From a virus, in the IMG/VR virus record IMGVR_UViG_3300027833_000016: a stretch of DNA of 64,000 nucleotides; one strand, 5' to 3'. A program made the position numbers and the translations under genes. The notes beneath the pieces are model-generated. The model searched no databases. It was not told where the DNA came from and worked only from the letters and a program-made list of their open reading frames with translations. How positions within the stretch are numbered: position 1 is the stretch's first letter; every line of letters begins with the position of its first letter. This document shows positions 59,397 through 64,000 of this stretch, piece after piece.

Positions 59397-60337
59397 TGAA
59401 AATACTAGTAACAGGTGCGGCAGGATTTATTGGATCACAATTGACCGCACGTCTTCGTGATCAAGGTTATACAGTCAAAGGATTAGACAACTACAACAAC
59501 CATCTATACGAACCAGACCTCAAAGTCAAACGTGTTGATCACTTCGATATCGATGTGGTGCCATGTGACTTGAGGATGATTCCCGGTTCGGGGATTGCTC
59601 TGGATAAGTTGTTGATAGACTTTGCACCTACTCATATCATTCACCTTGGGGCACACGCAGGTGTTCGTGACTCGTTCGGTAAAGAGAAGCAGTACCACGC
59701 GAACAACATTGATGCTACCCAAAACCTCATTGATATATGTAAGGAACATTTACCAGACGTGCGTATCATCTATGCGTCAACCTCATGTGTCTATGCAGGT
59801 AGTGAACTACCGTGGACAGAGGGTAGGGAGACAGGTAAGCAGTTGAACCCATATGGTTGGACTAAGTGGTCTAACGAATGTCAGATGCAGGGATCAGGAC
59901 TCAATACAACTGGTCTAAGATTCTTCACAGTGTATGGCCCTTGGGGCAGACCCGACATGGCATTGTTTGACTTCACAAAGAATATACTTGCAGGTAACAT
60001 GATAACCGTGTATAATTATGGTAATATGAGGCGCGACTTTACCTACATTGATGATATCCTTGGTGGTATTGAATGCGTTCTATTTGCTGATTTACCGGCA
60101 GGTGAGATCTTTAACATTGGACGAGGACAACCAGTTGAACTTATGGACTTCGTTAGAGAGATCGAGAAGAACACTGGATGCGAAGCAAAGATCAACTATG
60201 TTCCACAACATCCTGCTGATACGTTAGAGACTTGGAGTAACTCCAGTAAACTAATGGCACTAGGTTACACCCCCACGACTAGCATTGCGGAAGGTGTGGC
60301 AAACTTTTATGAATGGTATAAAGAGTACATGAACTAA
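59396..60337 (+). CDS. NAD-dependent epimerase (UDP-glucuronate 4-epimerase-like)
   Basis: VTGAAGFIG, AHAGVR, YGWTK, RFFTVYGPWGRPDMA; start at 59396. Confidence 0.88.
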   Translation: MKILVTGAAGFIGSQLTARLRDQGYTVKGLDNYNNHLYEPDLKVKRVDHFDIDVVPCDLRMIPGSGIALDKLLIDFAPTHIIHLGAHAGVRDSFGKEKQYHANNIDATQNLIDICKEHLPDVRIIYASTSCVYAGSELPWTEGRETGKQLNPYGWTKWSNECQMQGSGLNTTGLRFFTVYGPWGRPDMALFDFTKNILAGNMITVYNYGNMRRDFTYIDDILGGIECVLFADLPAGEIFNIGRGQPVELMDFVREIEKNTGCEAKINYVPQHPADTLETWSNSSKLMALGYTPTTSIAEGVANFYEWYKEYMN

Positions 60338-61350
60338 TGGCAGATGATTTTGATAAGTACGCACCTGTTAAACCAGATGTGAATGAAGCACCACCAACAT
60401 CGATCAGCAAGACCAACAAACTCAAGGTGGGTATTGTTGGTCATGGTTTCGTTGGTAAGGCAGTAGAGTATGCATTCTACCACGACTTGATAGAGTTCGT
60501 TATTGTAGATCCAAACTATGGCACGACTATTGATGACTTGGTTAAGGCACAACCTACCATCTCATTCATCACCGCACCAACACCACAGAACTCCGACACT
60601 GGATTCGTGGATGCGTCTATCGTAGAAGATGCGGTACTGAAGTTGATGAACCATACTGACTCACTTGTTATTGTGAAATCAACAGTAACACCTGATATCA
60701 TTGATCGGTTGTACAACTCTATACCCGAAGGATCCTTTGATAGGTTCGCATACAATCCTGAGTTCCTGACTGAGAAGTCTGCCAACGAAGACTTTGTTAA
60801 TGCCGAACATCATGTGGTTGGTGGAACACCTGCCGCGTGTAAGGATGTCATGGACTTCTATGAGTTCTTCAGTGGATGTAAGTCTACAAAGTTCTACCAG
60901 ATGTCAGGGCCAGAGGCATCGTTCGTGAAGTACGCGTCCAATGCATACCTCGCAACCAAGTTGACCTTCTTCAATCAGTTGAAGGATCTGGTCAGTTCAT
61001 TTGATTGTAGTTACAATGTGGTGTCTCGTGCATTAGGTGCGGATGATCGTATCGGTATCAAGCACACCAGAGTACCGGGCCCTGATAAGAAGAAGGGGTT
61101 TGGTGGTGCGTGTCTACCCAAAGACACAATGGCATTATACAAGTTTAGTCAGGCAAGAGGGGCAGAGTTCAGTTTGTTAAATAATGTCTTGACAATCAAC
61201 AACAAATACCGTATAATGTATGACTTAGATGATAGAGAATTAGTAAATAATATAACGTTCGGAGAGAATGATAATGAGTATAATGGACAAAATGAAGAAG
61301 AACAGCAAGATCAAGACAACGGAAGTACTGTCGAAGTCGGTGTTCTATAA
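60337..61350 (+). CDS. ugd: UDP-glucose/GDP-mannose dehydrogenase family protein
   Basis: GHGFVG, KSTV, NPEFL, KYASNAYLA, GFGGACLPKD. Confidence 0.85.
   Translation: MADDFDKYAPVKPDVNEAPPTSISKTNKLKVGIVGHGFVGKAVEYAFYHDLIEFVIVDPNYGTTIDDLVKAQPTISFITAPTPQNSDTGFVDASIVEDAVLKLMNHTDSLVIVKSTVTPDIIDRLYNSIPEGSFDRFAYNPEFLTEKSANEDFVNAEHHVVGGTPAACKDVMDFYEFFSGCKSTKFYQMSGPEASFVKYASNAYLATKLTFFNQLKDLVSSFDCSYNVVSRALGADDRIGIKHTRVPGPDKKKGFGGACLPKDTMALYKFSQARGAEFSLLNNVLTINNKYRIMYDLDDRELVNNITFGENDNEYNGQNEEEQQDQDNGSTVEVGVL
61189..61217 (+). promoter_or_regulatory. sigma70-type early promoter (uvsX), inside ugd
   Basis: TTGACA-N17-TATAAT. Confidence 0.75.
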
Positions 61351-62323
61351 CGAGAAAGATCATGTAAAGACTGATACCCACATGGTAAATGTGGCACTCA
61401 GTGGATCTATGGACGGAGGTATTACTCCGGGAATGACGGTTCTAGCAGGCCCTAGTAAACACTTTAAAACATCGTTCGCATTGCTTATGGCAGGTGCGTA
61501 CCTAAAGGAGTACAAAGATGCGATTATTCTATTCTACGATAGTGAGTTCGGTTCACCCCAGTCTTATTTCGAGCAGTTTGGAATTGACCCTGATAGGGTT
61601 CTTCACACTCCTATTGCTAATATAGAAGAGTTGAAGTTTGACCTTGTGTCGCAGTTAGAGAACATCGAACGTAAAGACAACGTGATCATTGTAATCGATT
61701 CTATCGGTAACCTTGCATCTAAGAAAGAACTAGACGATACTCTCGCAGAGAAAGGTGTGGCAGATATGTCTCGTGCCAAGTCTCTCAAGAGTCTGTTCCG
61801 TATGACTACACCATACTTGACCATGAAGAACATTCCTCTTGTTGCAGTCAACCATACCTACAAAGAGATCGGTCTGTTCCCTAAAGACATCGTGGGTGGT
61901 GGTACTGGTATTACATACAGTGCGGATAACATTTGGATCATTGGTCGTAGACAGACTAAGACTGGTACCGAGGTTACAGGGTATGACTTTATCATCAACG
62001 TAGAGAAGTCTCGTTATGTTAAAGAGAAGTCCAAGATCCCAATCTCTGTCTCATGGGACGGTGGTGTTGAGAAGAACTCTGGTCTACTAGAGGTTGCACT
62101 GGCAGGTGGATATGTTATCAAACCAAGTAATGGTTGGTATAGTCGATGTCACGGCACCGAAGCAGAAGATCAGAAGTTCCGTACCAAGGCAACTCTGACC
62201 GATGAGTTCTGGGCACCTATCTTCGAAGAGAGCGACTTCAAAGAATTTGTTCGAAAACAATATCAAATAGGGTTGCCAACCCAGTTAGATTGTGATATAA
62301 TAGTGGATAGTAACAATGATTAA
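61268..62323 (+). CDS. uvsX: RecA-like recombinase UvsX
   Basis: AGPSKHFKT, YDSEFG, DSIGNLAS, GGTG. Confidence 0.96.
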   Translation: MIMSIMDKMKKNSKIKTTEVLSKSVFYNEKDHVKTDTHMVNVALSGSMDGGITPGMTVLAGPSKHFKTSFALLMAGAYLKEYKDAIILFYDSEFGSPQSYFEQFGIDPDRVLHTPIANIEELKFDLVSQLENIERKDNVIIVIDSIGNLASKKELDDTLAEKGVADMSRAKSLKSLFRMTTPYLTMKNIPLVAVNHTYKEIGLFPKDIVGGGTGITYSADNIWIIGRRQTKTGTEVTGYDFIINVEKSRYVKEKSKIPISVSWDGGVEKNSGLLEVALAGGYVIKPSNGWYSRCHGTEAEDQKFRTKATLTDEFWAPIFEESDFKEFVRKQYQIGLPTQLDCDIIVDSNND

Positions 62324-62684
62324 TGTAGACAAGGTATCAGAAGATATACATTATGAATTGATACCAGTTGAGTATGTTGATAACGATGCCGCGTGGGATG
62401 TAAGAATCCTGCGTGGTGAGTTCACCGAGACCGTGATACGGTTTGGAACTATCTCGTTTGATGGTGAGAGTGAGAACTTGAGGTTTGACTTCAGGGTTGT
62501 TGATTCACCGAGTGATGCCACCTCCGAGGTTGTAGAGTTACAGGAGTTCGCGGCAGACATACTGGAAGATATAATTGAGAATGGCATTCGTGATGGCAAG
62601 GTAGTCACACGAGACAGAGATAATGGAGAACAAATTGCAAGAGATACATCTGGAACAAACGATACTGAGGAACTTACTGACTAA
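62316..62684 (+). CDS. Acidic hypothetical protein (gp40 position)
   Basis: Lies between uvsX and gp41. Confidence 0.65.
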   Translation: MINVDKVSEDIHYELIPVEYVDNDAAWDVRILRGEFTETVIRFGTISFDGESENLRFDFRVVDSPSDATSEVVELQEFAADILEDIIENGIRDGKVVTRDRDNGEQIARDTSGTNDTEELTD

Positions 62685-64000
62685 TGATGAGTACGCGAGG
62701 AAGGTTGCCGCTTTCCTCGATACTGATTACTTTGAAGGTGTCTACAAAGGACTCTTCTCTGAGTTCACTAAGTTCATTGCTAAGTACAACAAACTTCCTA
62801 CTATGGAAGCATTTAAGATTGAGGTCGATGAAGGTGATCGACTCAACGATGAACAATACCGCCATGCCATTGAGATCCTTCCTAACATCTTTGAGAATAA
62901 GGAAGAGAATCTTGAGTGGTTGCTCGAACGTACCGAGAAGTGGTGTCAAGACCGTGCGGTCTATAACTCTATCATGGAATCTATTCAGATCATTGATGGT
63001 AAGCACCAGACTCTATCCAAGAATGCCATACCTGAGATCCTAAGTAAAGCACTAGGTGTTACCTTTGATACTAACATTGGTCACGACTACCTAGAGAACA
63101 TTGACGAACGATGGGATTACTACACACGAGACGAAGAACACATACCGTTCGATCTGGATATGTTCAATCAGATCACCAAGGGTGGTTTGGTCAAGAAGTC
63201 TCTGAACATTGCACTGGCAGGTACAGGTGTTGGTAAGTCTCTGTTCATGTGTCACTGTGCCGCAGGTAACCTATCTATGGGTAAGAACGTACTCTATATC
63301 ACTATGGAGATGTCCGAAGAGAAGGTCGCAGAACGTATTGATGCTAACTTACTTAATGTTGCAATCGATCAGTTAGAGAACCTGTCCAAGAATGTGTTTA
63401 CCTCTAAGGTTCAGGCAGTTGCCAAGAAGACCCAAGGTAAGTTGATCATTAAAGAATACCCGACTGGTCAGGCAAACGCGTCTCACTTCCGTGCGCTATT
63501 GAATGAGATGAAGTTGAAGAAGAACTTTATACCAGACGTGATATATATTGATTACCTGAACATATGTTCGTCTGCAAGGATGAAAGCAATGGGTGGTGCT
63601 ATCAACTCTTATACATACATTAAGAGTATTGCCGAAGAGATCCGTGGTCTGGCAGTAGAGTTTAATCTACCGATCATGTCTGCGACTCAGACCACTCGTG
63701 GTGGTTATGGTAATGATGATGTTGGTCTAGAGGATACTTCCGAATCGTTTGGTCTACCTGCAACGGCAGATCTAATGTTCGCACTGATATCTAATGAAGA
63801 ACTGGCAAACAACAATCAGATCCTTGTTAAACAGTTGAAGAATCGTTACAATGATGCGACTGGTATTAATCAGAGATTTGTTGTGGGTGTTGATCGTAAC
63901 AAGATGCGTCTATATGATGTTGACCAGAACGACAACCCTATGAACAGAGAAGAGGATACTGGCCCGGTCTTCGATAATAGTAACTCAGGACAACGTATGA
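62623..64000 (+). CDS. gp41: Replicative helicase gp41 (3' truncated; absent from ORF track)
   Basis: MENKLQEIHLEQTILRNLL..., AGTGVGKS, IDYLNI, ATQTTR, SESFGLPATAD, KNRY; no stop before the window end. Confidence 0.95.
   Translation, partial: MENKLQEIHLEQTILRNLLTNDEYARKVAAFLDTDYFEGVYKGLFSEFTKFIAKYNKLPTMEAFKIEVDEGDRLNDEQYRHAIEILPNIFENKEENLEWLLERTEKWCQDRAVYNSIMESIQIIDGKHQTLSKNAIPEILSKALGVTFDTNIGHDYLENIDERWDYYTRDEEHIPFDLDMFNQITKGGLVKKSLNIALAGTGVGKSLFMCHCAAGNLSMGKNVLYITMEMSEEKVAERIDANLLNVAIDQLENLSKNVFTSKVQAVAKKTQGKLIIKEYPTGQANASHFRALLNEMKLKKNFIPDVIYIDYLNICSSARMKAMGGAINSYTYIKSIAEEIRGLAVEFNLPIMSATQTTRGGYGNDDVGLEDTSESFGLPATADLMFALISNEELANNNQILVKQLKNRYNDATGINQRFVVGVDRNKMRLYDVDQNDNPMNREEDTGPVFDNSNSGQRM

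Noticed and set aside
803-62608. Other minus-strand and nested ORFs in the track
   Set aside because: All overlap well-supported + strand genes and show no recognisable motifs.
62674-63043. ORF-track entries 62684..63043 (+) and 62674..63006 (-)
   Set aside because: They are shadows of gp41, which starts at 62623 and runs off the window.
24714-64000. Introns or inteins in gp17, gp20, gp23, gp43, uvsX, gp41
   Set aside because: The ORFs are continuous and of ordinary length, with no splicing motifs.
1-64000. tRNA/rRNA genes
   Set aside because: No cloverleaf with a T-loop and acceptor stem was recognised in the short intergenic gaps.

Overview
Core region of a large T4-like myophage genome. 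It is probably marine or aquatic with a heterotrophic host; this is inference, and no photosynthesis genes are present in the window. All real genes are on the + strand. Order: tail/fibre genes (1-21 kb), neck-terminase-tail-head module gp13-gp23 and gp3 (21-36.7 kb), then recombination/replication genes (uvsY, uvsW, gp55, gp47, gp46, gp45, gp44, gp62, regA, gp43, uvsX, gp41). Accessory enzymes are interspersed: five glycosyltransferase-like genes, Ugd, a UDP-glucuronate-epimerase-like gene, a sulfotransferase, a cytidylyltransferase, four 2OG/cupin oxygenases, PanD, a peroxiredoxin, Dam and Mom/GNAT-like proteins. T4-type late promoters (TATAAATA) and sigma70-type early promoters (TTGACA-N17/18-TATAAT) are easy to recognise. 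The standout is a pair of paralogous giant proteins (6603-9845, 9899-14773) whose Arg/Thr/Tyr/Gly/Asn repeats are self-complementary at the protein level. In the larger one, two 662-residue arms match module by module in antiparallel order around a GGKGG tip (155 modules, no gaps, a fixed pairing rule). This is an RNA-stem-like code that predicts a giant beta-hairpin fibre. Secondary signals: Asp-Ser motif enrichment in virion proteins next to a glycosylation toolkit, strong avoidance of CCWGG/GGWCC/GCWGC, an antisense promoter at the late/early boundary, and clamp-binding tails on Dam and a nuclease. No tRNA, rRNA, CRISPR array, intron or intein was recognised.
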